Positions 18,981 to 28,396 of a stretch of 64,000 nt of DNA are shown here, one piece after another. The position numbers and the translations under genes were made by a program. Every line of letters starts with the position of its first letter. Within the stretch, counting starts at the first letter, position 1. Origin of the DNA: an uncultured Clostridia bacterium (GTDB lineage: Bacteria; Bacillota; Clostridia; Christensenellales; UBA1242); the NCBI GenBank assembly GCA_947627545.1, contig CANQWK010000008.1:352-64351 (forward strand). The letters are read 5' to 3'. The notes beneath the pieces were generated by a model. That model made no database searches and had not been told where the DNA came from. It saw nothing but the letters and a program-made list of their open reading frames with translations.

Positions 18981-19262
18981 ATGAATAACTACGAATTAAT
19001 GTACATCATTCCAAGCCAATCAACCGATGAAGAAAAAGAAGCTTTAATTGCTCAAGTAAACGGAATGATTGAAAAAGATGGTGGCAAAATTGAAAGTGTA
19101 GAACGCATTGGCAACAAAAAACTAGCTTATGAAATTGCCAAAAAGCGTGAAGGCTTTTATGTTTTGGTTAATTTCAGTGCAAACCAAAGCGTGCCAAACT
19201 CACTTGGAAAGTTGTTAGCAATAACAAACAACATAATGCGTTATATAATTATTGCAAAATAA
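18981..19262 (+). CDS. rpsF: 30S ribosomal protein S6
   Basis: MNNYELMYII...KLAYEI...GFYVL; classic rpsF-ssb-rpsR order. Confidence 0.92.
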   Translation: MNNYELMYIIPSQSTDEEKEALIAQVNGMIEKDGGKIESVERIGNKKLAYEIAKKREGFYVLVNFSANQSVPNSLGKLLAITNNIMRYIIIAK

Positions 19263-19414
19263 TATAACTAGCAAATCGGTTTTAAAATTATATAATTTAA
19301 TGTCATGTTTTTAATTTAAAAAGTTATTAAAATTTTAAAACAAAAAATTTACAAAATAAAAAATAAAAAAACAATAAATGAAAGAATAGATAGATTGAAA
19401 ATTAGGAGTATTTT

Positions 19415-19831
19415 ATGAATAGAATTTACATTATAGGCAATTTAACTAGAGACCCTGAACTTAACACAACAAACAGTGGAGTTTCAGTGTGCAGATTTAC
19501 CGTTGCGGTTCAACGCAGAATGAGCAATGCAGACGGTGTTCGCGAGGCAGATTTCTTTAATGTTTCTGCATGGAGAGGCACTGCGGACAATTGTGCAAAA
19601 TTTTTAAAGAAAGGCAGCAAAGTAGCAGTTACAGGTTCAATTCAAATAAGGAATTTTGACCGAGCAGATGGCACAAAAGGCACATCGGTAGAAATAACTG
19701 CAGACGAAGTTGAATTTTTATCTCCACGCGGCGAAGGTGACAACTCAAATGCGGGCGGAATGGGAGTAGCAGGCAATGAAACTGCCAATACAAACAACCT
19801 TCAACCAGTAGATGAAGATTTGCCTTTTTAA
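19415..19831 (+). CDS. ssb: Single-stranded DNA-binding protein
   Basis: OB-fold N-terminus MNRIYIIGNLTRDPEL, a Gly/Asn-rich linker and the acidic tip DEDLPF. Confidence 0.92.
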   Translation: MNRIYIIGNLTRDPELNTTNSGVSVCRFTVAVQRRMSNADGVREADFFNVSAWRGTADNCAKFLKKGSKVAVTGSIQIRNFDRADGTKGTSVEITADEVEFLSPRGEGDNSNAGGMGVAGNETANTNNLQPVDEDLPF

Positions 19832-19865
19832 TAAATAATGTAAAAATAAATTAAAAGGAGAATAA

Positions 19866-20228
19866 ATGAAAGACGAAAAAGTTGAAAAGAAAGTAAAGCC
19901 AGCTGAAAAAACAGAAAAAGTTGAAGCAGCAAAAGTTGAAAAAACTGAAAAGATAGAAAAGAAAGTTGAAGGTCAAAAACCTGAAAAGACCGAGAAAAAG
20001 AAATTTTTTAAACCACGCAAACAAAACAAACGCAAAGTTTGTGTGTTCTGCCAAGATAAAAAACCTATCGACTATAAAGATGCTAACAGACTTAGAAAAT
20101 TTATTGCCGAAGGCGGAAAAATTTTACCTTCTCGCCAAACAGGAACTTGTGCAAGACATCAACGCGAATTAACCGTTGCAATTAAACGTGCAAGAAACAT
20201 TGCTTTACTTCCATTTGTTGGAGAATAA
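19866..20228 (+). CDS. rpsR: 30S ribosomal protein S18 with an N-terminal K/E-rich extension of about 45 aa
   Basis: C-terminal core ...[59 protein letters not shown]. Confidence 0.9.
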   Translation: MKDEKVEKKVKPAEKTEKVEAAKVEKTEKIEKKVEGQKPEKTEKKKFFKPRKQNKRKVCVFCQDKKPIDYKDANRLRKFIAEGGKILPSRQTGTCARHQRELTVAIKRARNIALLPFVGE

Positions 20229-20239
20229 AAAGTAAATAA

Positions 20240-20270
20240 AAAACACGATTTTATCGTGTTTTTTATTTTT
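20240..20270 (+). terminator. Rho-independent terminator after rpsR
   Basis: aaacacgat-ttt-atcgtgttt followed by a T-run. Confidence 0.65.
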
Positions 20271-20315
20271 ATTTTTTCTTTATTATTTTTTGTTTGTGTT
20301 TTACTCTTCTTTTCA

Positions 20316-20341
20316 GTTACTTTTCTTGCAAGAAAAGTAAC
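20316..20341. repeat. Intergenic palindromic element, copy 6
   Basis: Core GTTACTTTTCTTGCAAGAAAAGTAAC. Confidence 0.9.
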
Positions 20342-20387
20342 AAAAGAAAAAGTTAAAAACAAAAATAAAATTATAAAAATACAAAAA

Positions 20388-21101
20388 TTAAGAAAATAAA
20401 AGATTAAACATTTTTAAAACGATGGTTTTAAATTTGTTGCTGCCCTTTTGAATAATAAGGTCCACATTTCCATAGATATTATTTTTTGTTGCCATTACGC
20501 CTGTTGCTATGCTATCTTTACTATTTGCCCAATTATCTCCAAGTAAGAGATATTCATTATCTTTTAAAATTAACATATCTTGCCCTGCGGTGTTTTGTTT
20601 AACTCTATTTTCAGTTTCGGTGTTCTCTTTTAAGCCTTCAACTAATGCCAAAAATTGATAATATTTTATTGAACTTTCGCCATCAACAAAACCGCCATGT
20701 TCATCTGGATAATTAATTATGCTTGGCACACTTTTAATTAAATTTTCATTTACAAAAAGTTCGTAACCGCCTCGTTCACTAGGCGAAATTCTTATGCTAT
20801 CATTAGGCATAGCAACTAAACGCTTAACTACAGGTGTTTCGTCCTTAAACAATTTTGCAACAACAATATCTCCCCGGTTAAGCTCGGCACATGTGTTTAC
20901 TAAAACTGTATCGCCGAACACTGTGCTACTTGTTACATTTTTATTTATTGTGGGGTACATTGAAAATTGTTTAACATCTGTTTTTATATGCGTAAAACAA
21001 AATGTAAAAAGAACAATGCAAAAAAGGAAAGAAAGTGTTAACATTACACTAACCACAGCACCCACAATGTTAAAGAAAATTCTTTTATCCCTAAAATCCA
21101 T
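20388..21101 (-). CDS. lepB: Signal peptidase I
   Basis: N-terminal TM helix, catalytic Ser motif SMYPT, VKRLV and GDNWANSKDS motifs (S26 family). Confidence 0.85.
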   Translation of the reverse strand: MDFRDKRIFFNIVGAVVSVMLTLSFLFCIVLFTFCFTHIKTDVKQFSMYPTINKNVTSSTVFGDTVLVNTCAELNRGDIVVAKLFKDETPVVKRLVAMPNDSIRISPSERGGYELFVNENLIKSVPSIINYPDEHGGFVDGESSIKYYQFLALVEGLKENTETENRVKQNTAGQDMLILKDNEYLLLGDNWANSKDSIATGVMATKNNIYGNVDLIIQKGSNKFKTIVLKMFNLLFS

Positions 21102-21241
21102 ATATCTATTATATCAAATTAAAATTTAAAACAAAATTGTTTTTTCTAATTTTTTTATTTTCGACATTTTTATATTTTTACTTTCTTATTTACTTTTTTG
21201 TTTTTTATTTTAATATTTATTTTTAATTAATTGTGTTTTTG

Positions 21242-21267
21242 GCTACTTTTTTCGCAAAAAAAGTAGC
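21242..21267. repeat. Intergenic palindromic element, copy 7 (GCTAC/CGC variant)
   Basis: GCTACTTTTTTCGCAAAAAAAGTAGC, embedded in an about 88-nt block near-identical to the one at 25.95-26.04 kb. Confidence 0.9.
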
Positions 21268-21317
21268 GCAAAAAAGAATTTAACTAAAATTAAAATTAAT
21301 AACAAATTAAACAATAA

Positions 21318-21343
21318 AAAATAAAAACAGGCGAATGCCTGTT
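21318..21343 (-). terminator. Terminator overlapping the ttcA-like stop codon
   Basis: aacaggc-GAAT-gcctgtt followed by a T-run on the minus strand. Confidence 0.65.
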
Positions 21344-22418
21344 AAAAATTATCTTTAAAGGAGTGAGTTCCAAATTTATCTTTATACGAAATTAAAGTTG
21401 AAAGGTTTACATTTTCCACGCTTTTAAAAATGTTGGTTTCAATTTGAGGGTATAGTTTAGATAATTTATCAATTAATTGTTTTGTAAATTTACGCATGCT
21501 AGTTTCTTCTTTTAAATTAAATGTGCCTGATTGATTATCTTCTATAATTTTTGCGTTCATTTTTTCATTTTCACTTATGCTTGCCTTATTTTTTTTATAA
21601 GCAGCTGAAATTGGTTCATTTTTATTTATATCGTTTGTTTCATACGCTGATGAATAATTAGTTTGTTCGGTAAAGCGGCAAGCACACTGCAAAAATTTTA
21701 GACCACAATAATCTTTCCAATGCAAAATGTCCTTTTCTTTTATTAAATACATAGGTCTAATAAGTTGCATTCCTTTAAAATTTGTGCTGTTAAGTTTTGG
21801 CAACATTGTTTGAAACTGTCCACTAAAAAGCATTCCCATAAGGATTGTTTCAATAACATCATTATAGTGATGCCCAAGTGCAATTTTGTTACAACCTAAC
21901 TCTTGAGCTTTACTGTAAAGATATCCTCGGCGCATTCTGGCACACAAATAACATGGCGATTTTTCTACATTAACAACTGAATTAAAAATGTCCGTTTCAA
22001 AAATTGTTATAGGCACCCCTAACTGTTTTGCATTTTGTTCTATCAAATCTCGGTTGGCTTTGTTGTAGCCTGGGTCCATAACCAAAAACACCAACTCAAA
22101 ATTATGTTTTTTATCTTTATTTTTATCTATTTTTTGAAATTTTTCCTTGTTATTTTTGTCGTTATTATTATCATTTTTAACAGAACAAAGAATATCATTC
22201 TTTTTTACTCGGTTTTCTCTATATACCCAGCGGCGTTGCAATTCTTGAAAAAGTTTTGCCATAAGCATGCTATCTTTTCCACCAGAAATGCACACGGCAA
22301 TTTTATCTCCTGCCTGAATTAAATCATACTCGTCAATCGCCTTGCAAAAATTATTAAAAAGTTCTTTCTTAAACCTTTTTATTAAACTCTGTTCAACTTT
22401 AGCCTGCATCTCTTCCAT
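21342..22418 (-). CDS. PP-loop ATPase of the TtcA type (tRNA 2-thiocytidine biosynthesis-like) with an N/K-rich insertion
   Basis: SGGKDS PP-loop, CYLCARMRRG and LQCACRF cysteine motifs. Contains the insertion NDNNNDKNNKEKFQKIDKNKDKKH. Confidence 0.72.
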   Translation of the reverse strand: MEEMQAKVEQSLIKRFKKELFNNFCKAIDEYDLIQAGDKIAVCISGGKDSMLMAKLFQELQRRWVYRENRVKKNDILCSVKNDNNNDKNNKEKFQKIDKNKDKKHNFELVFLVMDPGYNKANRDLIEQNAKQLGVPITIFETDIFNSVVNVEKSPCYLCARMRRGYLYSKAQELGCNKIALGHHYNDVIETILMGMLFSGQFQTMLPKLNSTNFKGMQLIRPMYLIKEKDILHWKDYCGLKFLQCACRFTEQTNYSSAYETNDINKNEPISAAYKKNKASISENEKMNAKIIEDNQSGTFNLKEETSMRKFTKQLIDKLSKLYPQIETNIFKSVENVNLSTLISYKDKFGTHSFKDNF

Positions 22419-22510
22419 GTTTTTATTATATCACATTTTTGTTTTAATTTTTATTATTTTTGTTGTTTTGTTTATTTTTTATTTTTTTATTTTATTTAAC
22501 TTTTTCTTTT

Positions 22511-22536
22511 GTTACTTTTCTTGCAAGAAAAGTAAC
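22511..22536. repeat. Intergenic palindromic element, copy 8 (reverse orientation)
   Basis: Core GTTACTTTTCTTGCAAGAAAAGTAAC. Confidence 0.9.
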
Positions 22537-22589
22537 AAAAAAGAATAGTAAAAAATTAAAAATAAATGAAAAAAATATATAAAAAACAT

Positions 22590-22615
22590 AAATAAAAAAG
22601 TGGCGAATGCCACTT
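22590..22615 (-). terminator. Terminator overlapping the dnaN stop codon
   Basis: aagtggc-GAAT-gccactt followed by a T-run on the minus strand. Confidence 0.65.
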
Positions 22616-23711
22616 ATTTTGCTTTTACAGGTAAAATTAGGAATAGGAAATCGTTACCTTCGCTTGGCGTGATAACGCAAGGTTGAATAGGACTATTAAA
22701 GTTAAGTTTAATGTATGGGTTATCCACAACACGCAAGCAATCTGTGTAATACTTGCTGTTAAAAGAAATAATTAAATCGCTACCCTTCACTCCTACTGTT
22801 AAATTTTCTTTAGTAGAGCCAATTTCACTGTTAGAAGTTAGCATTAAATTTTTTTCTTTAATGTCAAATTTAACAAGGTTGTTTTTATCAATTTTAGAAA
22901 GCACGCTAGCACGGTCAATAGCATCTTGAAACTGCTCTTTATTTATTGTTACCACTGTTCCAAAATCCTTAGGTAAAATTTGCTTATAATTTATAAATTG
23001 ACCATCAATTAAGCGGTTGATTATAATAGTGTCGCCTAAATCAACCATAATGTTGTTAGTGTGAACGTAAACTTTAACAGTGCCTTCACTATCTAACATT
23101 TTAACAATTTCATTAAGGTTTCTGCCAGGAACTATTATTCTAAAATCTGCCGAACTCATTTCCAATTTTTTATTAGATATGCTTAACCTACAACCGTCAA
23201 CTGCCACTGCTCGAATATCGGTGCCGTTAGTTTCAATTAAAATGCCCTTTAAAACAGGTCGGCTATCATCTTGCGCAACTGCATAAAAAACGTTGTTTAT
23301 AAGTGATTTAAAATTTTCTTTGTTAATTTCAAAATAACTTGTTTTTTCAATTTCCTTAATTTCAGGGAATTCACTTATATCCATACATTGAATATAACCT
23401 TCGCTATCGGTGTACGCAATTTTCAATTGATTTTTTTCATTAAGTTCACACTCAATTTGCTCGTTAGTTAATTTTTTAATGTATTCACCAAACAATCTGC
23501 CCGGAACAACAGTTTCTCCAGCACCATAAACTTCAGCCCTGATTGTTTTTTCCACACTCATTTCTAGGTCGGTTGAAGTAAGTATTAATTTATCATCTCC
23601 GCACACTAATTTTATGCCTTCCAAAATTTGTGAGGTTGTTTTGCTGCTGATAGCTTTGCTAACTATTCCTATAGCCTCACTTAATTCTAGCCCATCACAT
23701 TTAAATTTCAT
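22614..23711 (-). CDS. dnaN: DNA polymerase III beta sliding clamp
   Basis: 365 aa with full-length beta-clamp similarity (MKFKCDGLELSEAI...LEGIKL...). Has an AGGAG RBS. Confidence 0.92.
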   Translation of the reverse strand: MKFKCDGLELSEAIGIVSKAISSKTTSQILEGIKLVCGDDKLILTSTDLEMSVEKTIRAEVYGAGETVVPGRLFGEYIKKLTNEQIECELNEKNQLKIAYTDSEGYIQCMDISEFPEIKEIEKTSYFEINKENFKSLINNVFYAVAQDDSRPVLKGILIETNGTDIRAVAVDGCRLSISNKKLEMSSADFRIIVPGRNLNEIVKMLDSEGTVKVYVHTNNIMVDLGDTIIINRLIDGQFINYKQILPKDFGTVVTINKEQFQDAIDRASVLSKIDKNNLVKFDIKEKNLMLTSNSEIGSTKENLTVGVKGSDLIISFNSKYYTDCLRVVDNPYIKLNFNSPIQPCVITPSEGNDFLFLILPVKAK

Positions 23712-23870
23712 TTCTACTCCTTTAACCCCTGCTGTATTTTTATACCTTAATATATTACCAAATTAACCCACTCTTTGTCAAATATTTTAACCATGTTTAT
23801 TTTATTTTTTTCTTGATTTACTTGTTTACTTTATCTTTCTATTTTTTTATTTTGTTTACTATTCTTTTCA

Positions 23871-23896
23871 GTTACTTTTCTTACAAGAAAAGTAAC
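23871..23896. repeat. Intergenic palindromic element, copy 9
   Basis: GTTACTTTTCTTACAAGAAAAGTAAC (one central mismatch). Confidence 0.85.
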
Positions 23897-24127
23897 AAAA
23901 GAGCAAGTCAATAAAAGCTATAAAAAAGCAACAAGTAAAATAAACAACAAAATATAAATATATTAAATAAATAATAAATAATAAAAACATAAATAGATTT
24001 TAACTGATAAAAAATACTTATCGTTATAATTCAAGCATACAAAAACAAAAAGTGAAATTGAGCAGCAACAACAGAATTATTTATTAATTTTTAATTATTT
24101 TTTGTTATTGATTTTCTTATTATATCG

Positions 24128-24271
24128 TGTGGATATGTGCAAAACTATTAATTAATACAATATCTAGATAAAATAAAAATAGATATATCAATATATTGTA
24201 AAAGTTTTCCACAAAAAATGTAGAAAACTATGTGTAAATATGTGTGTATAACTGAATTTTTATGTGTATAA
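24128..24271. promoter_or_regulatory. DnaA-box cluster in the dnaN-dnaA intergenic region (candidate oriC segment)
   Basis: All boxes match the TTATCCACA consensus at 8/9: TGTGGATAT 24128-24136, TTTTCCACA 24205-24213, and TGTGTATAA at 24243-24251 and 24263-24271. A very AT-rich tract at 24270-24360 follows. Confidence 0.6.
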
Positions 24272-24379
24272 CTAGTATTTTTTGTATTTTTATTTTTTTA
24301 TTAATTTTTAGTATTTTTTATTTAATTATTTTATCAATTTTTTATATTTTTTATTAATTTTTTATTAATTGCGTTTTTG

Positions 24380-24405
24380 ACTACTTTTTTCGCAAAAAAA
24401 GTAGC
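24380..24405. repeat. Intergenic palindromic element, copy 10 (GCTAC/CGC variant)
   Basis: ACTACTTTTTTCGCAAAAAAAGTAGC. Confidence 0.85.
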
Positions 24406-24554
24406 GCAAAAAAGAATTTAACTAAAACTAAATTAAAAATAAAAAAATAAAAATTAAAATTAATTAAACAATAATAAAAACAAAAAACAACTAAACAAAA
24501 TAATTGACAAGAGAAGATAAAAAAGATAAAATATAAAGCAAGGAGAGTGTGCTT

Positions 24555-25901
24555 ATGTTGTTAGACGAGCAGTGGAAAAAGGTTTTAAAAAGGTTAAGTA
24601 ATGAATTAACTGCGGTTAATTATGATTTATGGGTATCAACATTAGTGCCTGTAAATTATTCTAATGACGAGTTAGTGTTAATTTCGCCTAGCATAACGGC
24701 ACGAAATCAAGTTAATCAGCCTGACATATTTGAGAAGATAACAAAATGTGTGCGTGCGGAGTTTACTCCTTACACCTTTGTGCGAGTTTGTGAAAAAGAC
24801 GAGTATGAAGAAAGTTTACGCAAGCAGAATGAAGAAATTGAAAAAATAAAAGAAACTAACAATTTAAAAAGCAAGTTTAACAAGAAATATACTTTTGACA
24901 ATTTTGTTGTGGGCAAATCAAACCAAGTGGTGTGTGCGGCAATGCAAAGCGTGGCGGAAAATCCTAGCAAAAAATTCAATCCGTTGTTTATATATGGAGG
25001 AGTAGGATTAGGAAAAACTCACTTATTGCACGCCGTTGGCAATTATTTAAACGAGCATAACCCTGAATTAACCGTGTTATACGTAACGTGCGAAAAATTC
25101 ACCAATGATTATATTGACAGTTTAAAAAACAACAAAACATCTAACACTGCCGATTTTAGAGATAAATATCGCCAAGTTGATGTGCTTATGGTTGATGATA
25201 TTCAATTTATTAGTAATAAAATGGGTATTCAGGAAGAATTTTTCCACACCTTTAATGACCTATATCAAAACAACAAGCAGATAATTTTGGCATCTGACCG
25301 CAGCCCAAAAGAAATGACCGCACTAGAACCTCGTTTAAGCAGCAGATTTTCTAGCGGACTTATTCAAGACATTCAAGAGCCAGACTACGAAACAAAGGTT
25401 GCTATTCTTGAAAAGAAATGTAGCCAAGAAGGGTATCTTGTTGACCCGGAAGTGCTAGATTTTATTGCACAAAAAAATAGCAATAACATTCGTGAAATGG
25501 AAGGAATTTTATCTAAGGTTGTGTTTTATGCAAGTTTGTTAGGTAAATCTCATTCAACAATTGAAGACGCAAAAGAAGCTCTTAAAGATTATGGCGAAGT
25601 TGAACATACCGACCTAGACGCCGATAAAATTATTTCAATTGTGTGCGATTTCTTTAAGGTTAGCCGTGAAGATATTATTGGCAACAAACGCAATAAAGAA
25701 ATTGTAGAGCCAAGGCAAATGTGCATTTACTTAATTAATGATATGCTTAACATTCCGCTAACCGCAATAGGCACAATTTTTGGCGGACGCGACCACACAA
25801 CTATTATGCACGCTCGTGATAAAATTTCTAACGCTATGAAAACTAACCCACATACAAAAGTGTTGGTTAACGATATAAAATCTCGCTTAACAAAAAACTA
25901 A
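24555..25901 (+). CDS. dnaA: Chromosomal replication initiator DnaA
   Basis: Walker A GGVGLGKTHLLHA, the box VII region and the C-terminal DNA-binding block GGRDHTTIMHARDKI. The ATG at 24555 lies 8 nt after AAGGAGAG; the ORF track starts at a GTG at 24549. Confidence 0.95.
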   Translation: MLLDEQWKKVLKRLSNELTAVNYDLWVSTLVPVNYSNDELVLISPSITARNQVNQPDIFEKITKCVRAEFTPYTFVRVCEKDEYEESLRKQNEEIEKIKETNNLKSKFNKKYTFDNFVVGKSNQVVCAAMQSVAENPSKKFNPLFIYGGVGLGKTHLLHAVGNYLNEHNPELTVLYVTCEKFTNDYIDSLKNNKTSNTADFRDKYRQVDVLMVDDIQFISNKMGIQEEFFHTFNDLYQNNKQIILASDRSPKEMTALEPRLSSRFSSGLIQDIQEPDYETKVAILEKKCSQEGYLVDPEVLDFIAQKNSNNIREMEGILSKVVFYASLLGKSHSTIEDAKEALKDYGEVEHTDLDADKIISIVCDFFKVSREDIIGNKRNKEIVEPRQMCIYLINDMLNIPLTAIGTIFGGRDHTTIMHARDKISNAMKTNPHTKVLVNDIKSRLTKN

Positions 25902-25922
25902 GTGGCATTCGCCACTTTTTTA
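25901..25922 (+). terminator. Rho-independent terminator after dnaA
   Basis: agtggc-ATTC-gccact followed by a T-run. Confidence 0.7.
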
Positions 25923-25994
25923 TTTTTATTTTTGTTTTTTATGTTTAGTTTAACTTTTTATTTTAATATTTATTTTTAATTAATTGTGTTTTTG

Positions 25995-26020
25995 GCTACT
26001 TTTTTCGCAAAAAAAGTAGT
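25995..26020. repeat. Intergenic palindromic element, copy 11 (GCTAC/CGC variant)
   Basis: GCTACTTTTTTCGCAAAAAAAGTAGT. Confidence 0.85.
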
Positions 26021-26092
26021 GCAAAAAAGAATTTAACTAAAAAATAAATAATAAATAATCAAAATAAATAAAATCAAAACAAAAAAGCAAAA

Positions 26093-26854
26093 TTAAATAG
26101 GGTTTAATTTAGGTTTGTTTTGAGAGCGTGGGTAGATAGATGGGGTTGGTTTTATTTTTTTTATAACAAAAATGTTTCTAATTCCGGCGTTATTAGGCAG
26201 AGAAAAAGTTAAAGTTTTAACTAACTTTCCGCCAAGCACAGATAAAGCGTTTTGGCTTTCGTTAAGTTCTTCTAGATTATTTCCTTTATAAGCAAGCACA
26301 ATTCCGCCAACTTTTACAAGAGGCAATAAATATTCAAGCAAAGTGTTTAATTTTGCCACAGCACGAGCAACCGCAACATCAAATTTTTCACGATGAGTTT
26401 TGCAAAAATCTTCCGCACGAGCATGCACCGCTTTTACATCTAAAAATGTTTGTTCAGGCTTATATAATGCATCATTAAAAGGCAACAATTCGTTATCTCG
26501 TTTTTCAGTGGCAAGATTTTGCAAATAAACTTCATTAAGTTTTTCGCATACAAGGTTTAAAAAATTAACTCGCTTGTTAAGACTATCTATCATGGTTAAA
26601 TTTATGTCTGGCCTAACAATTTTTATTGGCAAACTTGGAAACCCTGCTCCGCTGCCCACATCAACCACAGTTGCACCCTGTTTAATTTCTTCAATAGGCA
26701 AAATGCTATCTAAAAAATGTTTAACAAACACTTCCCCTCGCTCTACAATTGCCGTTAAATTTGTGTGCTGATTATATGAAATAAGTTCTTTATAATAAAC
26801 TTCAAACTCGGCAGAATGTGTGATAATTAAATTTTCTAAATCTTCAATTTTCAT
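26093..26854 (-). CDS. rsmG: 16S rRNA (guanine527-N7)-methyltransferase RsmG (GidB)
   Basis: DVGSGAGFPSLPIKI SAM motif and GidB-like length. The start is chosen at the ATG at 26852-26854 (MKIEDLEN), 6 nt after TATAAT. Confidence 0.88.
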   Translation of the reverse strand: MKIEDLENLIITHSAEFEVYYKELISYNQHTNLTAIVERGEVFVKHFLDSILPIEEIKQGATVVDVGSGAGFPSLPIKIVRPDINLTMIDSLNKRVNFLNLVCEKLNEVYLQNLATEKRDNELLPFNDALYKPEQTFLDVKAVHARAEDFCKTHREKFDVAVARAVAKLNTLLEYLLPLVKVGGIVLAYKGNNLEELNESQNALSVLGGKLVKTLTFSLPNNAGIRNIFVIKKIKPTPSIYPRSQNKPKLNPI

Positions 26855-27074
26855 AAAAATATTATAAAAGTTTTTTAAAAGGAAATCAAGCAAATAATTT
26901 AAAAGAATTTTTACAACTTAAAAACAAAAATTATATATTTAAGTTTACAACTTTTAAATAATAATAGTTTAAATAACTTTTGACAATTTTCTATTTTTAG
27001 GTTATAATATTATATATTTTATTTTTATTCTTATTTTTGATTTAATTTTTATTTTTGTTTTAACTTTTTCTTTT

Positions 27075-27100
27075 GTTGCTTTTCTTGCAAGAAAAGCAAC
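27075..27100. repeat. Intergenic palindromic element, copy 12 (GTTGC variant, reverse orientation)
   Basis: GTTGCTTTTCTTGCAAGAAAAGCAAC. Confidence 0.9.
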
Positions 27101-27195
27101 TGAAAAGAATAGTAAAAATAAAGTAAATTAAAACAATAAAAGTAAACAAAATAATAAACAAAAAGCAAAAAAGCAAATTTGTTGGAGAAATGTAA

Positions 27196-28272
27196 GTGAA
27201 AATTAATAGCGTTAAACTTAACAATTTTAGAAATTATGCGTTAGCAGAAATTTTTTTTAATGATGGGTTAAATTTTATTGTTGGCAAAAACGCACAAGGC
27301 AAAACAAATTTGTTAGAGAGCATTTATATTTCCAGTGTAGGCAAAAGCCCTAAAAACAGCAAGGACAAACAGATTATAAAATTTGGAGAAAGTAAAGCCA
27401 AAATTGACATAAATTTTTTAACGAACGCAGGCAAAAAAAACATAGAAATTTATTTGGACAAGCAGAATAAAAAATCTATAAAAATTAACAAACTAAATGT
27501 GTTAAAATTAACCGAATTAGTAGGTTGTTTGTCTGTGGTGTATTTTAGCCCAGACGAATTAAAACTTATTAAAGAAGTGCCAGAAGATAGGCGAACTTTT
27601 TTAGATATTTCTATAAGTCAATTTGACAAAAATTATTTATATAATCTTATAAAGTATGATAAAATTTTGCGTCAACGAAATGCAATTTTAAAAAGTTTAC
27701 AATCGGAGCAAAGTAAAATTGAGCAACTTAAATTGTTTACTCCGCAATTAATTGAAACTGCTGAAAAAATTATTTTAAAACGCCTTGAATTTATTAAAAA
27801 TCTTGCACCAATTGCGGCGGACATTCACAAACAAATAACGCTCGACGAAACGCTAGAAATTGAATATTCTTATAAACTTAAACCTGGCATTTCTATAAAT
27901 GAAGACTTAACAAAAATTAGTCAAAATCTTTTGCAAAAAGAATTAGAACTTGGCTACACTTGTTTTGGTCCGCACCGCGATGACTTAGAATTTAAAATTA
28001 ACGGCCTAGATTGTAAAAGTTTTTCTAGCCAAGGCCAGCAACGCACAGTTGCACTTGTTATAAAACTTTCGCTTATGCAAGTGGTGTATAATGAAATTGG
28101 AGAATACCCTGTTCTTTTGCTAGATGATGTGCTAAGTGAACTAGATTTGCCTCGCCAAAACAGGCTGCTTGAATTTGCAACTAAATATCAAACGTTAATA
28201 ACTTGCGTAAATATTCCCACCACCAACCTTAATTATAATAAAATTGAAATTTCAAACGGCAGCGTTGTTTAA
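27196..28272 (+). CDS. recF: DNA replication and repair protein RecF
   Basis: GKNAQGKTNLLE Walker A, the SQGQQRT signature and LLLDDVLSELD Walker B. GTG start with a GGAGA RBS. Confidence 0.9.
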   Translation: MKINSVKLNNFRNYALAEIFFNDGLNFIVGKNAQGKTNLLESIYISSVGKSPKNSKDKQIIKFGESKAKIDINFLTNAGKKNIEIYLDKQNKKSIKINKLNVLKLTELVGCLSVVYFSPDELKLIKEVPEDRRTFLDISISQFDKNYLYNLIKYDKILRQRNAILKSLQSEQSKIEQLKLFTPQLIETAEKIILKRLEFIKNLAPIAADIHKQITLDETLEIEYSYKLKPGISINEDLTKISQNLLQKELELGYTCFGPHRDDLEFKINGLDCKSFSSQGQQRTVALVIKLSLMQVVYNEIGEYPVLLLDDVLSELDLPRQNRLLEFATKYQTLITCVNIPTTNLNYNKIEISNGSVV

Positions 28273-28301
28273 ATTTTTTATTTTTATTTAATTATTCTTT
28301 T

Positions 28302-28328
28302 GTTGCTTTTCTTTTAAAGAAAAGCAAC
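28302..28328. repeat. Intergenic palindromic element, copy 13 (GTTGC variant)
   Basis: GTTGCTTTTCTTTTAAAGAAAAGCAAC. Confidence 0.85.
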
Positions 28329-28371
28329 TGAAAAGAAATTTAATTAATAAATTAATAAAAAATTAAACAAA

Positions 28372-28396
28372 AGAAAAAAAGTGGCAACTTGCCACT
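28372..28396 (-). terminator. Terminator overlapping the metG stop codon
   Basis: agtggca-act-tgccact with a T-run on the minus strand. Confidence 0.6.

Noticed and set aside
20159-20362. Short ORFs spanning the palindromic elements (e.g. 20159-20362, 22342-22548, 9487-9747).
   Set aside because: Their F/L/K-rich translations derive from the T-rich and A-rich arms of the repeats. They are not conserved between copies in any frame.
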